Virus record (IMG/VR): IMGVR_UViG_3300032299_001203
Coordinates: 40,087 to 104,086 of that record
Reading direction: 5' to 3' (one strand)
DNA from: a virus
Length of the DNA: 64,000 bases
Below are positions 29,381 through 38,604 of the stretch, piece by piece. The number at the start of each line of letters is the position of its first letter. The first letter of the stretch is position 1. The notes beneath the pieces were generated by a model that saw only the letters and a program-made list of their open reading frames with translations, ran no database searches and was not told the DNA's origin. Position numbers and translations under genes: made by a program.

Positions 29381-31348
29381 ATGCCAAAAATTAAATCAGT
29401 TCAAGTATCAAATACAAGATATCAATTAATTGAAGATCCAAATCCTAGCTTCAACAGGTTATTTCAAGACGGACAAGCTCTCGATTTAAATACATTGGTT
29501 CCTGCATGGCAAAAACAATTTATGTACAATATTGGTGGCACTCAACAATATGCTGGCCAAAATCATTTTGATGGAACTTTTCAGGATATTCAACCAGCTT
29601 TAACTCGAACCAATTTAGCTACTGGTTTTACAGATAATTTTCCTGTTTTAGATTATGGATTTTTTAGAATTGGATATATGGCTTTACAAAAAGGCACCGT
29701 TTCAACTTACGCTGTAGCTGATGGTTCTGCAGAGAGTGGTGCTACTGCAGGCGGCTCAGGCTCAACGTATTCAAGGTCAACTTTACAAGGCCAATATGAT
29801 ACTTATTGGTGGTCTTTAGATTTTGCAAATTATCCTGTTGTAAAAAGTTGGAAAAGTCCTGTAACAGGATATTGCCACATGATTTATTATCCAAAAGAAA
29901 TTTTAAATAATGACACAACTACGATTGGTTGGGGAACTTGGTTGTCCGATTTAACTCAAGGTATAAACAATACATCAAATAACTCAGCATTATTCATCAA
30001 CACACATAATCTTCAAATGAATATGTTTTGTTGGGAAGATACCAATTTTGGTGTTATGTATGGTATGAGAAAAATTGGTGGCCAATCGCAAAGAGCAGTA
30101 GCTGTTCAAGGATTTAATTTTGGAAATACTTACAGTTTTACAACCAGTATTGTAGCACCAGGAGATCAATCATGCATATTTTTTATGGGTGTTGATAGCT
30201 TTGGATTTACTTGGTGGTATCAACATCAAGATCAACGTGACGATAGTAGAGGATTTATTTACAAAATTGATCCTAGAAATTTAGCTTCAACAACAATGAT
30301 TTCTGCTTTAACATCACAATCTGTTCAAACTACTAGAACTAGTGGAGGATATAAGAGAAATTGGCCAAGTAATATTCGCCGTGATGCCAATAATCGTTAT
30401 GTACTTTATACTTCACATTTTGATAACAATGATTCACAATTAGCTCCAATGAGAATTGTGTGGGATGCAGCAAACGGAACAGTCAATACCGCTAACTGTA
30501 ATATGGTTTTCCCGGTAGGTCAAAATTATCGTAGTTTTGCATCACCAATGGCGATTCCGGTGGTTGATGCCACCGGTTTTAATAACCATACATGGATGAT
30601 GAAGCCACACCAGTTTACTTCGAATGGTAACACATATATTACATACTGGTTGGTTGATCAATTCGCATGGCCATCGGCTTCTTTATCTGGTACATATCAA
30701 ACTTATTATTCGTCTAACGGAAATATTCGTTGGGCAAATACAGCACAAAGAACAATGGTAACTTATCAGATTGCTGCTAACTCTGGTTTTGGAAATCCTC
30801 TTGCAAATAGCGATGCAACATTAATTTACCATAGTAATTACACATTTAGCACAGTTCTTGATATTCCTAAAAACTTTATGCCAATCAATGCCAACAACAC
30901 ATTGATGGCTGTTGTTTCTGGAAGTAAAACAAACTTCTTTGCTTGGAACAATCAAACTGGTTGGGCTTCAGGTGGCGTATACAATACCGAATTCCGTATG
31001 CTTGGTATGGATACAACCAACAGAATTTGGGGTTATGCAATGGATGAAAACAATGGTAGTCTACATGTTCTCACACCAAGTTTATCAGTAAACGTTGTAA
31101 TTCAAATGGCTTCTGTAAGTTATACCTACACAGGAACAACAATTAGTACATCAGCAACAATTAATGCTTATGACTTTACCGGTTCCAGAGTAGCAGCTAA
31201 CGTTACATTGACCATTGATGGTACAACAATGACGTTTGCACAAAATGGATTAAGAACATTAAATATTCAGACAAGTTCTACTATTGATACTACAGTTAAT
31301 TTAAGTATTTTTGGTGGTGGTGTTAATAATATTTACGCCTACGCTTAA
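29381..31348 (+). CDS. Putative receptor-binding protein, paralog A (655 aa)
   Basis: Aromatic-rich beta protein; shares N- and C-terminal domains with 31388..33616. Confidence 0.6.
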   Translation: MPKIKSVQVSNTRYQLIEDPNPSFNRLFQDGQALDLNTLVPAWQKQFMYNIGGTQQYAGQNHFDGTFQDIQPALTRTNLATGFTDNFPVLDYGFFRIGYMALQKGTVSTYAVADGSAESGATAGGSGSTYSRSTLQGQYDTYWWSLDFANYPVVKSWKSPVTGYCHMIYYPKEILNNDTTTIGWGTWLSDLTQGINNTSNNSALFINTHNLQMNMFCWEDTNFGVMYGMRKIGGQSQRAVAVQGFNFGNTYSFTTSIVAPGDQSCIFFMGVDSFGFTWWYQHQDQRDDSRGFIYKIDPRNLASTTMISALTSQSVQTTRTSGGYKRNWPSNIRRDANNRYVLYTSHFDNNDSQLAPMRIVWDAANGTVNTANCNMVFPVGQNYRSFASPMAIPVVDATGFNNHTWMMKPHQFTSNGNTYITYWLVDQFAWPSASLSGTYQTYYSSNGNIRWANTAQRTMVTYQIAANSGFGNPLANSDATLIYHSNYTFSTVLDIPKNFMPINANNTLMAVVSGSKTNFFAWNNQTGWASGGVYNTEFRMLGMDTTNRIWGYAMDENNGSLHVLTPSLSVNVVIQMASVSYTYTGTTISTSATINAYDFTGSRVAANVTLTIDGTTMTFAQNGLRTLNIQTSSTIDTTVNLSIFGGGVNNIYAYA

Positions 31349-31387
31349 TCTAAATAACATTATACTTTAATTTTAGGGAAGTTAAAA

Positions 31388-33616
31388 ATGCCAGAAATCA
31401 GAACAGTTCAATATACAGATAGAAAAATTGCAGTTATTGAGGACCCAAATCCAACATTTAGCCGGATTTTTATTGATACGGTTCAACACGATTTAACAAC
31501 TTTGACTCCATCATGGACTAAAAGCTGGCATTATAACTATCAAGGTATTCAATGGCACGCCACAGGCAATTCATATGCTCAACTTGTTGGTTCTTTTGGT
31601 CCAGGACAAGGAATACAAAGAGTTATTAAATCCAGCACTGGCGTTTCAATGGCCACAATGGAAGCAAACATTTATTTTCCGGTAAGTGATGATGGATTTT
31701 TTAGAGCTGGAATTATGTGTTTGTCTAAAGGAACAATTTCAACTTATGCAGTAGGTGATCAGTCAAACAATTTTGCAGCAAATACCAATGCATCCAATAC
31801 TATTCAAGGTGGTTCAAGAGCTTTCAATAATTTTCAACACGACACTTATCACCAAACAATGGATTTTGCAAATTATCCTATGTTAAAATTAGCAAGAGTT
31901 GCTAATAATACTTTAGTTATCGCAATTCTACCTGGTGACCGAGGCCTCGGTGGCCAAATATCTTCCGGCGGCTCAACAAATCAGTTTGGCCAGAATCTCG
32001 TTTTTAATATAAATGCAAATGATGGTTGGTTTCTTTATGGTTCAGATATAACTGCTGGTATTGGTGCTACATATGGTGTTCCTGGATTGCAATCGTTTAC
32101 TAGTGGCGGCACAAACAACCCTCCACTAGTAACATTAGCACTAAGCCAAGCTGAAGCAATAGCAAATCCAACAACTCGAAATGTGATTGGTGGCCAAAGT
32201 TGGGGATTTGGTAAACTGGGAAGTTCCATTGCATGGGAAGATTCTGGTAATGGTTTCATTTATATGATGAACAACGCAAATCCATCTAAACCTTATGTTA
32301 GTAGAATTACTGGTTATACAACAGTAAATCCTGTTATTAATCCGGTGATTGGTGGTGTTGGAAGTCCATCCAGTTGGGACTCTACCGGTTCAGCCAACAA
32401 CCAACAACGTATTTTCTTTGCTGGTGTAGATAACTTAGGCAATACATTGTGGGTGATAGCTAATGACAGTCCATCCAGAGCTCACTCTGTTGATACTGGT
32501 ATTATAGTTCAACGTTTAAGTTCACAAAATAATTTCTTCTCAAACGTTTCCTTTATTCATACTTCAGCAAATCAAAATACTCATTTTACCAGTTATTCCG
32601 GTGAAAGATTACGCAGATTATCTCCAAGTAACATGCGCAGAGATGCGGCTGACGCCAATCGTTGGGTATTTTATACTCCTCATTATGATTCAGGTACTGC
32701 AACCAATCCAAATAACTTCCCTGGAGGTTCTGCTTTTGGTAACGCAAACTTGATTCCTTTAAGATGGACAATCAATGTCAATACAGGTAATGTACAACCA
32801 TCTTATTGTAACATAGCTTACCTTGGATCAAATTCTCACTGGAATATTGCTGCTCCAATGGTGTTGAATATGAACCAATGGACTCCAGATACAGCAAACA
32901 ATACTTGCCCATGGGGAATGAAGCCTCATCAGTTTGTATCGAATGGTAATACATACATTACTTTCTGGATTACAGACCAGATGGCATTATCTTCAACTGG
33001 TCAAGGTGCTCGGCGTTGGCCTACTCCAAATACCAGAACCATGATTACGTATCGGGCAGGTACAGGTACTAGTGACAACCAATTGACATATCATAGCGCA
33101 TATACATTCTTCACATTGCAAGATATTCCTAAGAATTTTATGCCTTTAAATGCTAATTCGACTCAGATGATAGTTCCACAAACATACAAGACTTCATTCT
33201 TTGTTTGGGAAGATGCTACTGGTTGGAGAGTTGGTTCAGTATACAATTCTGAATTCCGCACATTAGGTATGGATGCAACAAATCGTATTTGGGGTTATGC
33301 AATGGATAAACATAATGGTAGTATTCACATTATTACTCCTACATTACCTGTAAACGTTGCTGTTATTATGTCTGGTACAAACTTTACATATACAGGAACA
33401 ACTATTTCAGCAACTGCTACAGTAAATGCTTATGATTATACTGGAAATAGATTAGCAGCCAATGTACAACTATCAATTGATGGTTCTACAATGTTGTTTG
33501 CTACAAATAGTTCTAGAAACTTAACAGTATCTACAAGCAATACAGCTGATACTGTGGTTCCCGTGAATATTACTGGTGGTGGAATTAATAATATCTATGC
33601 TGCTATAAGCGTATAA
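31388..33616 (+). CDS. Putative receptor-binding protein, paralog B (742 aa)
   Basis: IEDPNP, KGTxSTYAV, DFANYP, MKPHQF.SNGNTYIT.W, DIPKNFMP, EFR.LGMD.TNRIWGYAMD shared with preceding gene. Confidence 0.6.
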   Translation: MPEIRTVQYTDRKIAVIEDPNPTFSRIFIDTVQHDLTTLTPSWTKSWHYNYQGIQWHATGNSYAQLVGSFGPGQGIQRVIKSSTGVSMATMEANIYFPVSDDGFFRAGIMCLSKGTISTYAVGDQSNNFAANTNASNTIQGGSRAFNNFQHDTYHQTMDFANYPMLKLARVANNTLVIAILPGDRGLGGQISSGGSTNQFGQNLVFNINANDGWFLYGSDITAGIGATYGVPGLQSFTSGGTNNPPLVTLALSQAEAIANPTTRNVIGGQSWGFGKLGSSIAWEDSGNGFIYMMNNANPSKPYVSRITGYTTVNPVINPVIGGVGSPSSWDSTGSANNQQRIFFAGVDNLGNTLWVIANDSPSRAHSVDTGIIVQRLSSQNNFFSNVSFIHTSANQNTHFTSYSGERLRRLSPSNMRRDAADANRWVFYTPHYDSGTATNPNNFPGGSAFGNANLIPLRWTINVNTGNVQPSYCNIAYLGSNSHWNIAAPMVLNMNQWTPDTANNTCPWGMKPHQFVSNGNTYITFWITDQMALSSTGQGARRWPTPNTRTMITYRAGTGTSDNQLTYHSAYTFFTLQDIPKNFMPLNANSTQMIVPQTYKTSFFVWEDATGWRVGSVYNSEFRTLGMDATNRIWGYAMDKHNGSIHIITPTLPVNVAVIMSGTNFTYTGTTISATATVNAYDYTGNRLAANVQLSIDGSTMLFATNSSRNLTVSTSNTADTVVPVNITGGGINNIYAAISV

Positions 33617-33629
33617 GACAGGTAACCCG

Positions 33630-35090
33630 ATGACACTCGCTACCGGGTTACCGGTTTCTACCGGCACAGCAGTAGTATCAGCATCTGTTGCAACAGTAGT
33701 ACCCAATACAAATAAGGGTGACCAAACAGATTTTTTGGGTTTGAGAACTATTGAGGTAATGATACAATATCGTATTGGGAATCAAGGAAATTTTATTTCC
33801 AATACGATAGTTTCAGTACAAAAAGTAACGGTACCAACAATAACCAATGTTAATTATGGATTATTAACTGGCGGATTGACCAATGGTTTAAGTTATGTTT
33901 CTGCTGTTGTAATTGCCGACTTGCGGACACCTGTTGTAGTTCAAGCCAATAATTGGGCTTCTTTATCTTCAACTGGAATTGCTTCAAATCCTGTATACAC
34001 ATACGGTTCTAGAAATGATAGCAGCCAACAAGCAACAACTGTAATAACAAATGTTCGTACACCTGCAGCATTTGGATCAAATTTATCTATAACGGCCGTT
34101 GGTTCTCAATCGGCAGTATTACCTTTTACTACAACTGTATCTATAGGTTCACCAAATCCTGTTGTAGGTTTTGGATCAAATTATACATTTAGTTCAAATG
34201 TTGGTTTTAATTATCCTATGGTTCAAGTTATAACAGAGTATTATACAGGAACCAATACTGTAATAAATTTAATTGATGTTCAATCCAGAAATTTTGTAAA
34301 CACATTTACTAGTACAGGAAATACAGAACACAGGCAAATAATGAGTCCTTGTGTTGTGGCTATCAAATCAAACAATGATATTAATTTGTTTATTAATAGA
34401 TATATTACAAATGAAAGACCTGTTACTGTAAGTACAATTACTCGATCAGAAAGCTTTAATCCTTTTAATGCTTATGCAGAGTTAAATCGTAGAACTGTTG
34501 TAACAAATTATTATGGTGGACCAAGTAGTTTAATTCCAAATATTTTACCCTCAATAGATCCAGAAGCCGTAACTAAAACCATAGTTGATATGCCAAACGA
34601 TTTAGGAACAAACAACTATCCTTATCGGCCCTATAATATTAGAAGTCAACTTTCAGCACCTGTAACCATAAATAGTTTTATTCCGGCTGGCAATTTAATA
34701 CCAAGAATAGCAGCTTCTATTCTTCCTATTGCGTCTGTTACTATCAATGATATGGTAGCAGGAGGAACAGCAAAACCATATAATATTCAAAATTCAACGC
34801 AAATTATAACTGCAAACACAAATGCAAGTTTACAAGCCGGACTATTGCAAAGAATTACAAGTGTTAATCCAATTGCTTTACCATTTGAAAATTATTTAAT
34901 TGGTGGTCCAATAAGACCGTTATATACTACCGGCATGCCGTTGAGGCCAGTGCGAATAGACACCACAGCTTTTAGTCCAGTAACCTTTAGATTTAATACA
35001 GGTTTTGCTCAGGTTGTTACTAATTTGTTTACTACTGGTGGTACCGGTGGTATTGGTGGTATTGGTGGAGCTACTGCGTACTGGAGTTAA
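33630..35090 (+). CDS. Hypothetical T/N/V/P-rich virion protein (486 aa)
   Basis: Long ORF, last gene of fibre island, ends GGATAYWS. Confidence 0.55.
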   Translation: MTLATGLPVSTGTAVVSASVATVVPNTNKGDQTDFLGLRTIEVMIQYRIGNQGNFISNTIVSVQKVTVPTITNVNYGLLTGGLTNGLSYVSAVVIADLRTPVVVQANNWASLSSTGIASNPVYTYGSRNDSSQQATTVITNVRTPAAFGSNLSITAVGSQSAVLPFTTTVSIGSPNPVVGFGSNYTFSSNVGFNYPMVQVITEYYTGTNTVINLIDVQSRNFVNTFTSTGNTEHRQIMSPCVVAIKSNNDINLFINRYITNERPVTVSTITRSESFNPFNAYAELNRRTVVTNYYGGPSSLIPNILPSIDPEAVTKTIVDMPNDLGTNNYPYRPYNIRSQLSAPVTINSFIPAGNLIPRIAASILPIASVTINDMVAGGTAKPYNIQNSTQIITANTNASLQAGLLQRITSVNPIALPFENYLIGGPIRPLYTTGMPLRPVRIDTTAFSPVTFRFNTGFAQVVTNLFTTGGTGGIGGIGGATAYWS

Positions 35091-35130
35091 TACCGCTGGT
35101 GAACTAAATACCCTAATATAGGAGATTATT

Positions 35131-35898
35131 ATGCCGGCCGTAACAGATAGAACAACCTTCAAAGACTATTGCCTTAGACGATTGGGCTTCCCCGTTATTG
35201 ATATTAACGTGGATGAGGATCAAATCGAAGATCGCATTGACGATGCGCTTCAATATTGGCAAGATTACCATTTTGATGGACTTCAAAAATTTTATTATGT
35301 AAAAAGAATTGATCAAACCGATATTAACCAAAAATACATTGATTTAAGTAATGTTCAAGATTCTTCTAATAACAAATTAGATATTGTTGGTATTTCTCGT
35401 ATATTCCCTATTCAAGATTCTCAAGCATCAATTAGTATGTTTGATTTAAGGTATCAACTTCGCCTAAATGAACTCTATGACTTTACTTCTGCATCATATG
35501 TTAACTATACATTAACACTGCAACATCTACGTTCACTAGAACTTATGTTTTCTGGTGAAGTACCAATTCGTTTTCAACGTCATATGCAAAAACTCTATAT
35601 TGATTGGGCATGGGGTTCATCACAGGCACCAAAAATTGTTGTTGCTGAGTGTTATGCTAATATTGACCCTACTGTTTATAACAGAGTATGGAATGACCGT
35701 TGGATGAAAGAATATACCACAGCATTAATTAAACGAACATGGGGAAATAATTTAAAAAAGTTTAATAATCTACAGTTGCCTGGTGGTGTAACATTAAATG
35801 GTGATAAAATTTATGAAGAAGCCGTTGGTGAAATTGAAAAGTTAGAAACCGAAATGCAAAATGAATATGGTGCACCATTAGAATGGTTTATGAATTAA
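35131..35898 (+). CDS. gp13: Neck protein gp13
   Basis: FKDYCLRRLGFPVIDINVDEDQIEDRIDDALQY; WGNNLKKF..QLPGGVTLNG. Confidence 0.93.
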   Translation: MPAVTDRTTFKDYCLRRLGFPVIDINVDEDQIEDRIDDALQYWQDYHFDGLQKFYYVKRIDQTDINQKYIDLSNVQDSSNNKLDIVGISRIFPIQDSQASISMFDLRYQLRLNELYDFTSASYVNYTLTLQHLRSLELMFSGEVPIRFQRHMQKLYIDWAWGSSQAPKIVVAECYANIDPTVYNRVWNDRWMKEYTTALIKRTWGNNLKKFNNLQLPGGVTLNGDKIYEEAVGEIEKLETEMQNEYGAPLEWFMN

Positions 35899-35899
35899 C

Positions 35900-36781
35900 A
35901 TGGCAACTTCAGTTTATTTTAACAACTATAACTCTGTAGCCGAACAACGAGTTTTAGAAGATTTGATTGTTGAGTCCATAAAAATTATGGGCTTTGATGG
36001 TTACTATCTACCAAACGATAATGATATTGCCAGAGATTTATTGTTTGGTGAAGATCCTGTTAAAAAATTTCAATCAGCATTTCCATTAGAACTCTATCTT
36101 TCCAATTCATTAGACTATGATGGCGAAAAAGAATTCTTCTCTAAGTTTGGTTTAGAAATTAAAAATAATGTTAATGTAATTGTTTCTAAAAGATCATTTC
36201 AACAAAGAGTTCCACAAAATGTATTTCAAAGACCTCGTGAAGGTGATTTGATTTATGTTCCTTTTTTAAATGGTACGGGTGAATTGTATGAAATTAAATT
36301 TGCAGACCAAGATAAAGATTTTCATACATTAGGTAGACGTGTGCCTTATTTCTATGAATTACAATTAGAGAAATTCAAATTCTCACATGAACTCATCAGC
36401 ACAGGTGTTCAAGAGATTGATGATTCTGCAACATTTTCTTCTTACACCATTCAACTCAATGTTGGAGCTGGTACAGGTATATACCAAAATAAAGAAATTG
36501 TTTATCAAGCACTTGACAGTACAGAAGCAAATGCAACTGTGGTTGCTGTGGTACAAGAATGGAACAAAAAAGCGAATACACTAAACGTTACCAATATTGC
36601 TGGTGAGTTTGTACCTAACAGAAATATTATTGGTGCATCAAGCAATGCTAGTTATGTTTTGGCCAATTTTGATCCATTAAAAGATAATGTTAGAGATGAA
36701 TCAAGTGATAATTATATTATTGAGAATCAAGCCAATTCGATTATTGATTTTTCTGAAACCAATCCGTTTGGAAGTATATAA
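35900..36781 (+). CDS. gp14: Neck protein gp14
   Basis: EQRVLEDLIVESIKIMG.D.YYLP; FSKFGLEI; RPREGDLIY.P; DFSETNPFG. Confidence 0.93.
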   Translation: MATSVYFNNYNSVAEQRVLEDLIVESIKIMGFDGYYLPNDNDIARDLLFGEDPVKKFQSAFPLELYLSNSLDYDGEKEFFSKFGLEIKNNVNVIVSKRSFQQRVPQNVFQRPREGDLIYVPFLNGTGELYEIKFADQDKDFHTLGRRVPYFYELQLEKFKFSHELISTGVQEIDDSATFSSYTIQLNVGAGTGIYQNKEIVYQALDSTEANATVVAVVQEWNKKANTLNVTNIAGEFVPNRNIIGASSNASYVLANFDPLKDNVRDESSDNYIIENQANSIIDFSETNPFGSI

Positions 36782-37872
36782 TGGCTAATATTTTTTATAA
36801 CCGAATCATACGAAAACTTGTTATTGGTTTTGGTAATATTTTTAATGAAATTACTTTGGTTCGATATAATCCAGATTTGACTGAAGCGGAAAGGCTTATT
36901 GTTCCTATTATCTATGGACCAAAAGAGTTATATGTTTTTCGTAATGAAGAAGATCCACTATTAAACAAAAAAGTTCAAGTAACGTTACCAAGAATGTCAT
37001 TTGAGATGACAGGATTTACATACGATGTTTCTAGAAAATTAAATACCAATTTTAAAAATTTTGCACAAACAAATACAGGTTTGGTCTCACAATATAATCC
37101 TGTACCATATAATTTTGATTTCAATCTTTACATTTATGTAAGAAATATTGAAGATGGTACACAAATTATTGAACATATTCTTCCTTATTTTACGCCAGAT
37201 TATACAATCAAATTAAATTTAATACCTGAAATGGGTATTGTTAAAGAAGTTCCTATTATTTTGAATTCAACTTCACAAGATATAGATTATGAAGGTGATT
37301 ATTCTAGAAGTACCAGAAACATTATTTGGACATTGAACTTTACGGTCAAAGGATTTATATTTGGTAAGATTAATGATTCATCTAGTGGTTTAATTACACA
37401 TTCAATTACATCTGTTTTAAACAAAATTGGACCAGAAGATGTTGTACTCTTTAATATGAATGCAAATTCTGGTGTCGGTAATTATCAAGTAGGAGAAATT
37501 GTATATCAAGGTTATTCTGCAGGTACAGCAACTGCCACCGGAAGAGTTATTCTTTGGAATAATAATACATTACACTTAACAAACATTAATGGAAACTTTG
37601 TTTCTAGTGTGCCTATTCGATCAACCAGTTCTAGCACAAACTATACATTTACTTCTTATAGTCCAACACCAGAAATACTTGCAAGAATCAATACTACACC
37701 ATCACCAACCGATGCAAATGTCAATACGCCACACATTATCACTTCAAATATATCCGAGTTTCCAAATATTGTAAGTGGTGAGTTACCAGATAATTTTGCT
37801 GGTGATGCTCTACTTCAAGTTGGTCAAGATGACCTACATATACAACAACAGAAAACAACAGATTTACAGTAA
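36781..37872 (+). CDS. gp15: Tail sheath stabiliser/terminator gp15 with C-terminal extension
   Basis: IRKLVIGFGNIFN; VPIIYGPKE; LPRMSFE; PVPYN; QIIEHILPYFTP; WTLNFTVKG. Confidence 0.92.
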   Translation: MANIFYNRIIRKLVIGFGNIFNEITLVRYNPDLTEAERLIVPIIYGPKELYVFRNEEDPLLNKKVQVTLPRMSFEMTGFTYDVSRKLNTNFKNFAQTNTGLVSQYNPVPYNFDFNLYIYVRNIEDGTQIIEHILPYFTPDYTIKLNLIPEMGIVKEVPIILNSTSQDIDYEGDYSRSTRNIIWTLNFTVKGFIFGKINDSSSGLITHSITSVLNKIGPEDVVLFNMNANSGVGNYQVGEIVYQGYSAGTATATGRVILWNNNTLHLTNINGNFVSSVPIRSTSSSTNYTFTSYSPTPEILARINTTPSPTDANVNTPHIITSNISEFPNIVSGELPDNFAGDALLQVGQDDLHIQQQKTTDLQ

Positions 37873-37883
37873 AGGTAATCAAA

Positions 37884-38165
37884 ATGCCACGCACACTACA
37901 ATTTAAACGATACGGTTCAGCGACATTAGCCAATACAACTGGTGCTAATGGTGAGTTAATTATTAATAGCACCAATAAAACTTTGACTGTTCATGACGGT
38001 ATAACTCCTGGTGGATTTGCATTACTTAACACTGCAACAGATAGTAATATTGATTCATTTGCCAGAACAAAAGCTAATGGCGATATTGCAATTGTTCAAT
38101 TAAAAGCTTTGGTGGCCAACTGTGCAACTTATACCGATTTTAAAACCGCAATAGCATCATTATAA
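37884..38165 (+). CDS. Mini Mtd_N-like protein between gp15 and gp16 (93 aa)
   Basis: LQFKRYG..TGANGELIIN..KTLTVHDGITPGG; C-terminal helix similar to end of 3097..4755. Confidence 0.7.
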   Translation: MPRTLQFKRYGSATLANTTGANGELIINSTNKTLTVHDGITPGGFALLNTATDSNIDSFARTKANGDIAIVQLKALVANCATYTDFKTAIASL

Positions 38166-38184
38166 CTAAACACTATACAATTTT

Positions 38185-38604
38185 ATGAACGATTTGAATA
38201 AAAATTTATCTGATGTTTTTGATATTACTCCTATACCAGAAGAAAAAAAAGAAAAACTTCCGGTACTACAAGCACACTATAACGAGCCTGATTTAAAACA
38301 AGACCTTACCGATGCATATCAACAATCAAGAGAAAACCTACAAGGTCTTATTGACCAAGGTCAAGAAGCAATGCATGAGATACTTAACATCGCTAAAGCA
38401 GGACAGCATCCCCGTGCTTTTGAAGTATATGGCACATTACTCAAAAATGTGGTAGACGCCAATAAAGAATTGTTGGCTATACAAAAACAAATGCGTGAGA
38501 TGGATGAAAACGCTAAAAAAGATAAAGGTGGTACCAATATTGATAAAGCCATCTTTATTGGTTCTACCGCTGAGTTGAATAAACTCATTAAAGGCAAAGA
38601 GTAA
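38185..38604 (+). CDS. gp16: Terminase small subunit gp16
   Basis: DAYQQSRENL..LI..G..A....A....HPRAFEV; IFIGSTAEL. Confidence 0.92.
   Translation: MNDLNKNLSDVFDITPIPEEKKEKLPVLQAHYNEPDLKQDLTDAYQQSRENLQGLIDQGQEAMHEILNIAKAGQHPRAFEVYGTLLKNVVDANKELLAIQKQMREMDENAKKDKGGTNIDKAIFIGSTAELNKLIKGKE

Noticed and set aside
15469-33616. Diversity-generating retroelement suggested by Mtd_N-like domains
   Set aside because: No reverse transcriptase in the window and no template/variable repeat pair differing only at adenines; paralog differences at 29381/31388 are ordinary synonymous and non-synonymous changes
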